DNA of 64,000 nucleotides, taken from Hydrogenothermaceae bacterium. Its GTDB lineage: Bacteria; Aquificota; Aquificia; Aquificales; Hydrogenothermaceae. The notes below the pieces were generated by a model that worked only from the letters and a program-made list of their open reading frames with translations, did no database searches and had not been told where the DNA came from. Below, in pieces: positions 9,077-18,637 of the stretch. Made by a program: the position numbers and the translations under genes. Position 1 is the first letter of the stretch. Each line of letters opens with the position of its first letter. Where the stretch lies: assembly GCA_026418455.1 (NCBI GenBank), contig JAOABH010000007.1, forward strand, positions 17,554 through 81,553. Direction: 5' to 3'.

Positions 9077-10767
9077 ATGAACTTATAGTAGGATTAACAT
9101 CTGCGATAGTTGCAGGTGGAGCCGGATTTACGGCTTGCAAAGTTATAATAGAGAAGAAGTTAAAAGAAAAAGAGAGAGAGTATGAGAAGGTTTTAGAGAA
9201 GAAACAGGAGATAGAAGAACTTGCAAAACAGGAAGCAGAGAGGATAAAGAGAGAAGCTGAGAAAGAGGCAGAGAGAGTTGTAAAAGATGCAGAAAGAGAG
9301 GCAAAACTAAAAGCTCAGGAAATTCAAGCAGAAGCTGTGAAGTTAAAAGAACAGGCAGAGATGATAATTGAAAAAGAGCTCTTTAAAAGAAAACAGGAGT
9401 TAGAGAAAGAACTTAAAGCTCAAAGAGAGGAGCTGCAGAATTTAGAAAAAACTCTGATAACAAAAGAGGCTCAACTTGAGAAGAGACTTGCGAGACTGGA
9501 ACATAGAGAGGAAGAGATAGAGAAGAGAGCTTCAGAGATATCAAAATTGGAAGCCGAGGTTAAAGCTCTTGAAAACATACTGAGAGAAAAGGAAGAAAAA
9601 TTGAGATCTGCTGAACAGCAGTATATTCTTGAGCTTCAAAGGATAGCAAGTATGACAAAAGAGGAAGCAAAAGCAGAACTTCTAAGGAAGGTTGAAGAAG
9701 AGGCGAAACTTGAAGCAGCAAAAATTATGAAAGAGATAGAGGAAGAGGCAAGGAGAAATGCGGAAAAAGAGGCGAAATGGAATCTCGTCACTGCTATACA
9801 GAGACTTGCTCCAGAAGCAACAACTACCTATACAGTTTCGGTAGTTGACCTTCCAAGTAATGATATAAAGGGAAGGATAATAGGAAGAGAAGGAAGAAAT
9901 ATAAGAGCTTTTGAGATGGCTACGGGAGTTGACCTGATAATAGATGACACGCCGGATATAGTTACAATATCTTCCTTTGACCCTCTAAGAAGAGAGATAG
10001 CAAAGACCGCATTAGAGAGATTGATAGCTGATGGAAGAATACATCCAGGAAGAATAGAAGAAGTTGTTGAAAAAGTTAAAGAAGAAATGGATCAACATAT
10101 TAGAAAACTTGGAGAAGAAACCTGCCTTGAACTTGGATTTACAGATGTACATCCAGAACTTTACTACTATATAGGTAAACTTAACTACAGGACATCTTAC
10201 ACTCAAAATGTATTACTACATACAAAAGAAGTTGCATACCTTGCTGGAATGATGGCAGCTATGCTTGGTCTTGATGAGAAAATGGCAAGGAGAGGTGGAC
10301 TTATGCACGATATAGGTAAAGCTATATCCCACGAAGTAGGTGGAGCACACTCTAAGGTAGGAGCTGAAATAGCCAAAAGATACGGAGAACCTGACTATGT
10401 TATAAATGCAATTCTGTACCACCACGGAGATGAACCTGCAAGATATCCGGAAGCTGTATTGGTTGCAGCTGCAGATGCTCTATCTGCTGCAAGACCAGGA
10501 GCAAGAAGAGAAGTATTACAATCTTATATAAACAGACTTGAAAAGATAGAGGCTATTGTTAACTCTTTTGAAAATGTAGAAAAATCCTTTGCTATACAGG
10601 CAGGTAGGGAAGTTAGAGTTATAGTAAATGCAGAGAAACTATCCGATGAAGATGCTTATCTACTTACAAAAGAGATAGCTAAAAGAATAGAGAATGAGCT
10701 TGAGTTCCCAGGACAGATAAAAGTGGTAACCATAAGAGAGTCCAGATTTGTTGAAGTTGCCAAATAG
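9073..10767 (+). CDS. rny: ribonuclease Y
   Basis: N-terminal TM, long E/K coiled coil, KH domain (GRIIGREGRNIRAFE), HD domain (LLHTKEV...MHDIGKA). Confidence 0.95.
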   Translation: MNELIVGLTSAIVAGGAGFTACKVIIEKKLKEKEREYEKVLEKKQEIEELAKQEAERIKREAEKEAERVVKDAEREAKLKAQEIQAEAVKLKEQAEMIIEKELFKRKQELEKELKAQREELQNLEKTLITKEAQLEKRLARLEHREEEIEKRASEISKLEAEVKALENILREKEEKLRSAEQQYILELQRIASMTKEEAKAELLRKVEEEAKLEAAKIMKEIEEEARRNAEKEAKWNLVTAIQRLAPEATTTYTVSVVDLPSNDIKGRIIGREGRNIRAFEMATGVDLIIDDTPDIVTISSFDPLRREIAKTALERLIADGRIHPGRIEEVVEKVKEEMDQHIRKLGEETCLELGFTDVHPELYYYIGKLNYRTSYTQNVLLHTKEVAYLAGMMAAMLGLDEKMARRGGLMHDIGKAISHEVGGAHSKVGAEIAKRYGEPDYVINAILYHHGDEPARYPEAVLVAAADALSAARPGARREVLQSYINRLEKIEAIVNSFENVEKSFAIQAGREVRVIVNAEKLSDEDAYLLTKEIAKRIENELEFPGQIKVVTIRESRFVEVAK

Positions 10768-10776
10768 GAGTTTACT

Positions 10777-11556
10777 GTGAGATTTCTGCTAATAGGAGAT
10801 GTTATAGGTAGAACTGGGAGGAGAGCAGTTTCAACTCTCCTTCCTTCCATAAAAAAAGAGTATGATGTAGATTTTGTTGTCCTAAATGGAGAGAATCTTG
10901 CTCACGGAAATGGTATAAACCAAAAAGTTTTCAATGAGGTAGTATCTTCAGGTGTAGATGTTATAACTTCTGGAAATCACACTTTTGATAAGAAAGAAGT
11001 TTTACCAATATTAGATACAGATCCAAGACTATTAAGACCTGCAAATCTTCCACCTATGGCAAAGGGAAGAGGTTTTGGAGTTTATGAGAAAAATGGTAAA
11101 AAGATTTTGGTTATAAATCTTATGGGACGAGTTTTTATAGGAATACCCCTTGACTGTCCTTTTAGAAAGTTTGACGATATATATCAGGAATTTAAGGACA
11201 AAGTAGACTATATAATAGTGGATTTTCATGGAGAAGCTACTTCAGAAAAACAAGCCTTTGGTTTTTATGTTGATGGTAGAGCTACTATAGTTTTTGGAAC
11301 CCATACCCATGTCCAGACATCAGACGAGAGATTTCTCCCTAAAGGAACAGTTTTTATAACAGATGTTGGAATGACAGGACCTTTGGACTCTGTGATAGGT
11401 ATGAGAAAAGATGAGATTATTCAGAAGTTTATAACCGGAATGCCTCAAAAGTATGAACCTGCAGAAGGTAGATTCATATTTAATGCTCTCTTCTTTGATG
11501 CCGAAAGTGGAGTTATAAAAAGAATATCTATTTTGGAGCAAAGTGGAAGAATTTGA
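10777..11556 (+). CDS. ymdB: YmdB-family metallophosphoesterase
   Basis: GTG start; GDVIGRTGR...NGENLAHGNG...DFHGEATSEK. Conserved rny-ymdB pair. Confidence 0.9.
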   Translation: MRFLLIGDVIGRTGRRAVSTLLPSIKKEYDVDFVVLNGENLAHGNGINQKVFNEVVSSGVDVITSGNHTFDKKEVLPILDTDPRLLRPANLPPMAKGRGFGVYEKNGKKILVINLMGRVFIGIPLDCPFRKFDDIYQEFKDKVDYIIVDFHGEATSEKQAFGFYVDGRATIVFGTHTHVQTSDERFLPKGTVFITDVGMTGPLDSVIGMRKDEIIQKFITGMPQKYEPAEGRFIFNALFFDAESGVIKRISILEQSGRI

Positions 11557-12775
11557 TATTCTCTACAAAATAATCTTTTCTATAGGACTTGGATTTATAG
11601 TAGGTCTTGAGAGGGAGTACAAGGCAAAAGAGGATATATTTGCCGGAGTAAGAACGTATCCTCTCATATCTCTCTTGGGTTTTTTATCATCGTATATATC
11701 TGACCAATATTGGCAAGGAGCAGTTTATATATCATTTTTAGCTGTTGCTATCTTTACTGTATTTAACTTTTATCTTGAATACTCAAAGGATAAAGGTATA
11801 ACTACGGAGATATCTGTTTTAATAACATTTCTGATAGGTGTCCTTGTTTATCACAATCAGCTCTATATATCTGGATTTGTTGCTATAACTCTTATGTTTA
11901 TTCTTGCAATTAAAAAACCTCTTGAAAATTTTGCAAAAAATCTCTACTATGAAGATATTATCTCTATTGTAAAATTCCTTGCTCTTACAGCCCTTATATA
12001 CCCTATTCTACCTGATAGATATTTTGGTCCATTTGAGTTTTTTAATCCAAAGGAGATATGGAAGGTAGTTATAATTGTGGCTGTTATTGATTTTATCGGA
12101 TATATCTTACTAAGATGGAAAGGTCAGAAATCTTTACTTATGGTTGGATTGTTGGGAGGCTTGATATCCAGCACAGCAGTAACATACGATTTTTCAAAAC
12201 TCTCAAAACAGATAAACTCCGTAAATCTGTATTTAGGGATAGTTCTTGCATGGCTTGTTATGAATTTGAGAGTGATGTTGCTGCCTGTATTTGTTAATGT
12301 AAATATGTTTATGTATATCCTGCCTCCATTTTTTATTTTGTCAGTTATATATGCTTTGATAATTTTTAGAGATTTTTCTAAACATAGAGATGAAATAACT
12401 GAATATAAACAGGTTGAAAATCCTTTTAGTATTATATCTGTTCTTCAGTTTGGGCTTATTTATACATTTATTATGTTCTTGGCAAAAGTTTTGAGTTTCT
12501 ATTACGGACACACTGGATTGTATATATTAAGTTTAATCTCAGGAGTTATAGATGTTGATGCAATAACTCTATCTGTTTCAAATATGGCAAAATCCGGAAC
12601 TATTTCTGAGATATCTGCAACGATTGCTATAATTTTGGCTGTAATATCAAACTCTTTCTTTAAATATTTTTATGTTGTGATATTTGGGGAAAGTTGGTTG
12701 AAAAAGAAAATGATAAAAATTTTGGTTATAACTATTGGCTATTTCTTAATCTATCTAACAATTCACATAATATAA
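11543..12775 (+). CDS. MgtC/DUF4010-type integral membrane protein
   Basis: GLEREYKAKEDIFAGVRTYPLISLLG followed by many TM segments. Confidence 0.7.
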   Translation: MEEFDILYKIIFSIGLGFIVGLEREYKAKEDIFAGVRTYPLISLLGFLSSYISDQYWQGAVYISFLAVAIFTVFNFYLEYSKDKGITTEISVLITFLIGVLVYHNQLYISGFVAITLMFILAIKKPLENFAKNLYYEDIISIVKFLALTALIYPILPDRYFGPFEFFNPKEIWKVVIIVAVIDFIGYILLRWKGQKSLLMVGLLGGLISSTAVTYDFSKLSKQINSVNLYLGIVLAWLVMNLRVMLLPVFVNVNMFMYILPPFFILSVIYALIIFRDFSKHRDEITEYKQVENPFSIISVLQFGLIYTFIMFLAKVLSFYYGHTGLYILSLISGVIDVDAITLSVSNMAKSGTISEISATIAIILAVISNSFFKYFYVVIFGESWLKKKMIKILVITIGYFLIYLTIHII

Positions 12776-12817
12776 GTTATCTCTCCTTCCCATTTCCACC
12801 CCACCAGTTCTCTATCA

Positions 12818-13120
12818 TTAATCTCTATTTTTACCAAGAACAAACTCCTCTACAATTTGTTCAAATATGCCTTGTGTGAGTGTTTTCTTTTTTTTATCAA
12901 AATACTTGTAATAAAGTTCTAAAGCTTTTCTGTCTATTTCTTCTAATTTCTTCTTTTGTTCTTCTGTGAGTAAGTGTTTGTATTCTTCCAATTCCTCTCT
13001 TGCTAAAGCAACATTTGTCATGTCCCAATCGCCATATTCATTGTCAGGATAGTAATATTCCACCTCTGCATCCCAAACTCTTAAAGCAAAATCTAAGCTT
13101 TCTTTTAATTTTTTATCCAA
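12818..13120 (-). CDS. hypothetical protein (100 aa, acidic/helical)
   Basis: ORF only; no recognisable motif. It lies at the trailer end of the CRISPR array. Confidence 0.5.
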   Translation of the reverse strand: MDKKLKESLDFALRVWDAEVEYYYPDNEYGDWDMTNVALAREELEEYKHLLTEEQKKKLEEIDRKALELYYKYFDKKKKTLTQGIFEQIVEEFVLGKNRD

Positions 13121-13157
13121 TTTATCAGCCCTAAATTTGATAATGCATATTTACTCC

Positions 13158-13383
13158 CTTTCTACCCCACACGGTTCAGACAAAACATAGCAGAGACAAT
13201 CACGCTAAGAGCTTGTAAAAAGCTTTCTACCCCACACGGTTCAGACAAAACAGAGTTACCTGTTGTAAAAGAAAAAGAAGAAGATGACCTTTCTACCCCA
13301 CACGGTTCAGACAAAACACAGGTATTCACAATTCTTGACGCAAGATATAGAGCACTTTCTACCCCACACGGTTCAGACAAAAC
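13158..13383 (-). CRISPR. CRISPR mini-array, 4 x 29-nt repeats and 3 spacers (36, 37, 37 nt)
   Basis: The exact repeat CTTTCTACCCCACACGGTTCAGACAAAAC occurs at 13158, 13223, 13289 and 13355. The minus-strand reading GTTTTGTCTGAACCGTGTGGGGTAGAAAG has the typical GTTT...GAAAG polarity. An AT-rich leader and promoter lie on the 13384+ side. Confidence 0.9.
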
Positions 13384-13405
13384 CGTTAACTTTTAGTAAA
13401 AAAAA

Positions 13406-13434
13406 ATAATAACGGAAATATTAAATATTGTCAA
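13406..13434 (-). promoter_or_regulatory. near-consensus sigma70-type promoter reading into the CRISPR array
   Basis: Minus strand TTGACA (13434-13429), exactly 17 nt, then TATTAT (13411-13406). Predicted +1 is about 15 nt before the first repeat. Confidence 0.5.
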
Positions 13435-13450
13435 TACTTTTTAACACATA

Positions 13451-13489
13451 AAAACATCTCAACTGAATAACCGCAAGTTGATGTTTTTT
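13451..13489. terminator. bidirectional terminator-like hairpin between bioD and the CRISPR leader
   Basis: ACATC(tc)AACT / AGTTGATGT stem flanked by an A-run on the 5' side and a T6 run on the 3' side. Confidence 0.4.
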
Positions 13490-13699
13490 GCATCGAACCT
13501 CACATAATAGAAATATATTTTCTATTATATTCTCATTTCAGCCTTAATTGAAGCCTACTTGCATTTTTAAAACCTGAAAATTAGGATGCACTACAACCAC
13601 AAGCTCGAAAGCGTTTTTCGGCACCCTTAAAATGAATAACGGCTTATATCAAGTATTTACTTGATTTTTGTGTGGGCTACCTATTCAATTTCCAATGTC

Positions 13700-14356
13700 T
13701 TAAACTTTAAAAAAGTCAACAATAAACTTCAATTTATTATAACACTCATTAACCGGATTTTCAACTTTTTTACATCTACATATTACCTTTATTCCAGAAA
13801 GCTCCTCTATAACTTCTGGATTTGTATTCTCAGATATATCATCACCAGAAAAACCATTCATAACAATACCAACTATATTACAACCTTCCAAAGCTTTGAT
13901 AGTTAATAAAGTATGATTTATGGTTCCTAACTTAGCACGAGCAACCAATAACACTGGAATGTTCAAATCTTTTATTAAATCTACATAACTATATCCTTTA
14001 ACTATTGGAACATAAACCCCACCAGCTCCTTCAACAATCAAAAAATCATATTTATCCCTTAAATAGTTATAATGGTCTATAATTTTATTTATATCAATCT
14101 TTTTATTTTCTATTTTTGAAGCAGGATAAGGAGCCAGTGGATTTTTGAAACTGTATAAGATAGCTTCCTCTATTGGTTGTCCAGTTATATCTGTCAGAAG
14201 TTTTACATCTGAAGGAACTTCTTCTACACCTGTCTCTACAGGCTTAAAATATCCAACATTTACACCTATATCTTTTAACAATTTACACAATCCGGCACTT
14301 ACTGTAGTCTTACCAACACCGGTATCCGTAGCCGTAATAAATAACTGTTTTTTCAC
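13700..14356 (-). CDS. bioD: dethiobiotin synthase
   Basis: FITATDTGVGKTTVSAGL P-loop and typical length. Confidence 0.9.
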   Translation of the reverse strand: MKKQLFITATDTGVGKTTVSAGLCKLLKDIGVNVGYFKPVETGVEEVPSDVKLLTDITGQPIEEAILYSFKNPLAPYPASKIENKKIDINKIIDHYNYLRDKYDFLIVEGAGGVYVPIVKGYSYVDLIKDLNIPVLLVARAKLGTINHTLLTIKALEGCNIVGIVMNGFSGDDISENTNPEVIEELSGIKVICRCKKVENPVNECYNKLKFIVDFFKV

Positions 14357-14386
14357 TTTAAATTTCCCCCAATTTTAGAAATTCAG

Positions 14387-14614
14387 CTAGCAATATTTTT
14401 CCTCTAAATAATTCTTGTAATCTCTATCTTTTACTTCTTTACCTTTTAATATTCCTTTTAAACGCTTTACTTTTGGAGTTAACTCATCCTTTTTATAGAT
14501 ATCTTCTAAAATATACTCAATTAACTGTTCAACAGAGCATCTTTTTTCTGCAGATACCCTTTTTAATTTTTCTAATAATTCCTCTTCTAACTCTATTTTT
14601 AGTAATGTTCTCAT
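14387..14614 (-). CDS. ribbon-helix-helix (CopG/antitoxin-like) small protein, no partner toxin visible
   Basis: LKIELEEELLEKLKRVSAEKRCSVEQLIEYIL fits a beta-alpha-alpha RHH pattern. Confidence 0.4.
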   Translation of the reverse strand: MRTLLKIELEEELLEKLKRVSAEKRCSVEQLIEYILEDIYKKDELTPKVKRLKGILKGKEVKDRDYKNYLEEKYC

Positions 14615-14670
14615 AGCAAACCACCTAATTTTTTGGCTAAAAATATATTATAGATAACTTTCAAATTAAC

Positions 14671-15576
14671 TCAAATTCTTTTAATATCTTCCAATGTTTC
14701 TATATTTATGAGTTCAATATCCTTGGCTATTCTCTTTATTAATCCAGTTAAAACTTTTTTAGGACCTATTTCGTAGATAGTTTTAACACCAGCATTTACA
14801 AGAAACTCTACAGACTGAACCCATCTTACAGGTGAGTAAAAATGATGTTTAAGCTCTTCTCTTATTTCATCTGCTGATGTAAGTGGTTTTGCTGTTATGT
14901 TTGATATTACTGGTATATTAGGATTTTTTATCTCTATACCGTCTAAGTATTTAGCAAACTCTATTGCTTTTTCTTTTAGCAAAGAAGAGTGGGCTGGAAC
15001 AGATACTGATAAAGGAACAACCTTCTTAGCTCCATTTTGTTTTAGAATTTCCATAGCTTTTTCAACAGCTTGCTTTTCACCAGAGATAACAGTTTGCTCA
15101 TAAGAGTTGTAGTTTGCTATCTCTACAACTCCGTTTATCTGTTTTAAAATTTCTTCTATTTTTGAAGAGTCCATTCCTATTACTGCTGCCATAAGTCCCG
15201 CTCCCTCTGGAACTGCTGATTGCATTAGTTTTCCTCTTATATATGTTATATAAACTGCATCTATTGGGTCTATACTACCTGCTACTGTTAAAGCTGTAAA
15301 CTCTCCAAGTGAATGTCCTGCTACATAATCTGGTTTTACTCCTTTTTCCTTGGAAAATATAGTGTAAAGTCCATAAGAAGTAAGGACTAAAGCTGGTTGA
15401 GTATACATAGTCAGATTTAATTTTTCTTCATCATTAAAAATTATGTCAGTTAGATTGAAACCTAATTTTTCATTAGCTTTTTGGTGGAGCTCTCTTATCT
15501 CTTGGTAATTTTCATAGATATCTTTTCCCATTCCCAAACTCTGAGAACCTTGTCCCGGAAAAACGAACGCTTTCAT
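14671..15576 (-). CDS. fabD: malonyl CoA-ACP transacylase
   Basis: FPGQGSQSLGMG and GHSLGEF active-site motifs. Confidence 0.95.
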   Translation of the reverse strand: MKAFVFPGQGSQSLGMGKDIYENYQEIRELHQKANEKLGFNLTDIIFNDEEKLNLTMYTQPALVLTSYGLYTIFSKEKGVKPDYVAGHSLGEFTALTVAGSIDPIDAVYITYIRGKLMQSAVPEGAGLMAAVIGMDSSKIEEILKQINGVVEIANYNSYEQTVISGEKQAVEKAMEILKQNGAKKVVPLSVSVPAHSSLLKEKAIEFAKYLDGIEIKNPNIPVISNITAKPLTSADEIREELKHHFYSPVRWVQSVEFLVNAGVKTIYEIGPKKVLTGLIKRIAKDIELINIETLEDIKRI

Positions 15577-15589
15577 ATATACCTCCTTT

Positions 15590-16963
15590 TCAAAGTTTTA
15601 GATGGTGTATAAAGTAAGTGGCTATTGTTAGATAGATTGATATCGCTATTGCATCGTTTATTGTAAGTGTTATTGGTCCGGTTGCTAAGGTTGGGTCTTT
15701 GTTAAATTTGAATGTTATATATGGTATTACTGAACCTGTTAAGGCAGCAATGGATATACTAAAAAACATAGATAACCCGACTATAAATCCAAGCATATGG
15801 TTACTTATCCAAACAAAAGATATAGAACCTACAATGAAACTTATTATAGTTCCTACTATAATAGCCACTTTTAACTCTTTAATAAGAGAAGATAGATAAT
15901 CTTTAAAGTTTTCGGAAAGTTTACCAGTTGATAATCTTCTTGCTATGATGATGGCAGCCTGTGAGCTTATATTACCACTTAAAGCTGCAACCATAGGAAT
16001 GAAAAATATTATTGGTAAAAATTCCTCTATGGTAAACTTGAAAACACTTATTATAACAGCAGTTATAAACTCGCCAAAGGTTGCTACTAAAAGCCAAGGG
16101 AGACGGAGTTTTGCAATTTTAAAAATTCTGTTTGAGTAAAAAAGCTCCTCTTCCTGAGCTCCTGCCATTTTGAAGAAATCTTCAGTTGTTTTCTCTGAAA
16201 TTATATTCAGGATATCTTCAATATATATAACACCTTTTAAAACATCTTCCTCATCTACGACAGGTAAGATATACAGGTCATACCTTCTAAATAGTTCTAT
16301 TGCTTCTTCTTTTGTCTGATTTTCTTTTGCTACTATAACATCTCTTATCATAATATCTTTTAACATAGCATTTTCAGGAGCTTTTAGAAGCTCCTTTAAT
16401 GAAACAACACCTACGAGTCTCTTTTTCTCATCTACAACATAGATATATATAACCTCTATATCCTCTGGAAGATCCTTTATACTGTTTAAAGCTTCTTGGA
16501 CTGTGGTATCTTCTTCAAAGTAGATAAAGTCCTCTCTTACGATAGATGCTAAAATATCTTCCCCTTCTTTTATTATCTTTTCTAATTTCTCTTTTTCCTC
16601 ATCTTCAAGTTTTTCAAGGACTCCTCTCTTTACTTCTTCTGGTAAGTTATCTATAAATCTTGCAATATCTCCGGTTGGTAGCTCTAAAATAAGAGAGATA
16701 GCTTCTTTGTGATGTAATCCCCTTAGTATATCTATCTGTATATCATCATCTAAATCTAAAAACACTAAAACAGCTTTTCTTATATCAATTTTTAAAAGAA
16801 AAGAAAATATCTTTACTCTATCATTTTTACTTAAATGATTTATTACTTCTGCTATATCTCCCTTGTGAGCTTTTGTTAGAACTCTATCTAAGGTTTTGTA
16901 GTCGTGTTTATTTAAAGCCCTTACAATAGTCTCTTTTAAAACATTTAAAACTGGATTAATCAT
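15590..16963 (-). CDS. mgtE: magnesium transporter MgtE
   Basis: N-domain plus CBS pair plus C-terminal TM bundle; typical 457 aa. Confidence 0.9.
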   Translation of the reverse strand: MINPVLNVLKETIVRALNKHDYKTLDRVLTKAHKGDIAEVINHLSKNDRVKIFSFLLKIDIRKAVLVFLDLDDDIQIDILRGLHHKEAISLILELPTGDIARFIDNLPEEVKRGVLEKLEDEEKEKLEKIIKEGEDILASIVREDFIYFEEDTTVQEALNSIKDLPEDIEVIYIYVVDEKKRLVGVVSLKELLKAPENAMLKDIMIRDVIVAKENQTKEEAIELFRRYDLYILPVVDEEDVLKGVIYIEDILNIISEKTTEDFFKMAGAQEEELFYSNRIFKIAKLRLPWLLVATFGEFITAVIISVFKFTIEEFLPIIFFIPMVAALSGNISSQAAIIIARRLSTGKLSENFKDYLSSLIKELKVAIIVGTIISFIVGSISFVWISNHMLGFIVGLSMFFSISIAALTGSVIPYITFKFNKDPTLATGPITLTINDAIAISIYLTIATYFIHHLKL

Positions 16964-16971
16964 ATCTCACC

Positions 16972-17877
16972 TTACGATATCTGATTGTATCCAAGGGCTC
17001 TCAGAAGTCTTATATCTTCCTTCCATCTTTCTTTTACTTTTACATGAAGATTCAACACCACTTTTTTACCTAACAGATGTTCCAGCTCCTGCCTTGCCTG
17101 AGTTCCTATCTTTTTAAGCATCTGTCCTTTTTTCCCTATAATAATTCCTTTATGGTTATCTTTCTCTACGTATATTGTAGCGTCTATAAACAACATATCT
17201 TTATTAACATCACCTTCTTTAACACTTTCCACATCTACAGCAACGGAGTAAGGTATTTCATCTCTCGTATTGAAGAAAACCTTCTCTCTTATTATTTCCC
17301 CTATATATAGTTTTAAAGGTAAGTCTGTTATCTGGTCTTCCGGATAAAGCGGTGGAGATTCAGGTAGATATTTCTTTATTGTGTTTATAAGTTCATCTAT
17401 ATTGATATTTTTTATAGCTGATACCGGAACAATATCATTAAAACTGTATATCTTTGTAGATTCTTCTATTAACGGTAAAACTAAATCTCTCTGTATTTTA
17501 TCTATCTTGTTTATAACAAGTATGGTTGGTTTATTTAGTTTTTTTAGATAGTTTTCTACTATCTGTTTATCTTCGTTAGTCCAGCCTCTATCTGCTTCTA
17601 TAACCATACATATAACATCTGCATCTTCTATTGATGTAACTGCCGACTCTACGACAGATTTTGTCAATAAGTCTTTACCTTTCTGTATTCCAGGAGTATC
17701 TAAAAATATTATCTGAGCATCTGGTAGATGTTTTACTCCCAGTATCCTTATCCTTGTAGTCTGTGGTCTTGGACTTACTATAGACAGTTTGGTTCCTATT
17801 ATGTTGTTAAGTAATGTAGATTTTCCTACATTAGGTCTTCCTACTATTGCCACAAATCCGGCTCTAAAATTTTCCAT
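16972..17877 (-). CDS. era: GTPase Era
   Basis: GRPNVGKSTLLN, DTPG, NKID, and a C-terminal KH domain. Confidence 0.95.
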   Translation of the reverse strand: MENFRAGFVAIVGRPNVGKSTLLNNIIGTKLSIVSPRPQTTRIRILGVKHLPDAQIIFLDTPGIQKGKDLLTKSVVESAVTSIEDADVICMVIEADRGWTNEDKQIVENYLKKLNKPTILVINKIDKIQRDLVLPLIEESTKIYSFNDIVPVSAIKNINIDELINTIKKYLPESPPLYPEDQITDLPLKLYIGEIIREKVFFNTRDEIPYSVAVDVESVKEGDVNKDMLFIDATIYVEKDNHKGIIIGKKGQMLKKIGTQARQELEHLLGKKVVLNLHVKVKERWKEDIRLLRALGYNQIS

Positions 17878-17889
17878 ATTCTCTCCCTT

Positions 17890-18618
17890 TTAGTAATAAA
17901 TATCTTTTAGAAATAGTCCTTCAGCCGGAGCTGAAAATTTACCTTTTTCTGGGTCTTTATATGCTAATATTTTATCAAATTCTTCCAAATCTAAACTTCC
18001 TCTACCTATTGCCATAAGATGTCCTACTATTCCTCTTACAAGTCCCCTTAAAAAGTGTGAAGCAGTTATATGAAACTCAAGAACTGTGCCGTCAAATCTT
18101 ATTTTTAACTCTCTAAGGTCAATCTCTTCTCTCAGATACTCTCCTTTTTTAGCTATACTTATAAGATTTTTATGTCTTTTTAAAACCTCTACACCTTCTA
18201 ATATCTTAACTAAATCAAACTTTTTATCAAAATACCAACCTCTACCAAATAAGAATGGGTCAGGTTTTGTATATACTTTGTAGATATAAGTCTTACCTTT
18301 TGCATCAAATCTCGCATGAAACTTTTCATTAACCTTTTCAACATCTAATACAGAGATATCTCTTGGCAAGGTTGCATTCAAAAATCTCTTTATATCAGCT
18401 GGTTCTATTCCCTTTTTTGTTTTGAAATTTGAAACATGTTTTAACGCATGGACTCCACTATCTGTCCTACAGCATCCTATAACTGTAATTTTTTGCTTAA
18501 AAAATCTCTCTAACCTATCTTCAATAACCTGCTGAATTCCTATGCCATTTTTCTGTCTTTGCCAGCCGTTATATTTAGTTCCCAAAAAAGAAGTTGTAAG
18601 TTTGTAGTTGTAAATCAT
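17890..18618 (-). CDS. truA: tRNA pseudouridine synthase A
   Basis: GCCRTDSGVHAL catalytic Asp motif. Confidence 0.9.
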   Translation of the reverse strand: MIYNYKLTTSFLGTKYNGWQRQKNGIGIQQVIEDRLERFFKQKITVIGCCRTDSGVHALKHVSNFKTKKGIEPADIKRFLNATLPRDISVLDVEKVNEKFHARFDAKGKTYIYKVYTKPDPFLFGRGWYFDKKFDLVKILEGVEVLKRHKNLISIAKKGEYLREEIDLRELKIRFDGTVLEFHITASHFLRGLVRGIVGHLMAIGRGSLDLEEFDKILAYKDPEKGKFSAPAEGLFLKDIYY

Positions 18619-18637
18619 AAATAAAATTTTATCAGAT

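Noticed and set aside
13162-13380. 72-aa minus-strand ORF with a repeated SEPCGVE motif
   Set aside because: It is simply the translation of the CRISPR repeats. The periodic identical peptide reflects the 65-66-nt repeat period, not a gene.
13504-13528. Perfect 10-5-10 palindrome as a BirA/bio operator
   Set aside because: It lies downstream of bioD (minus strand), not in its promoter region, so a bio-operator role is not supported.
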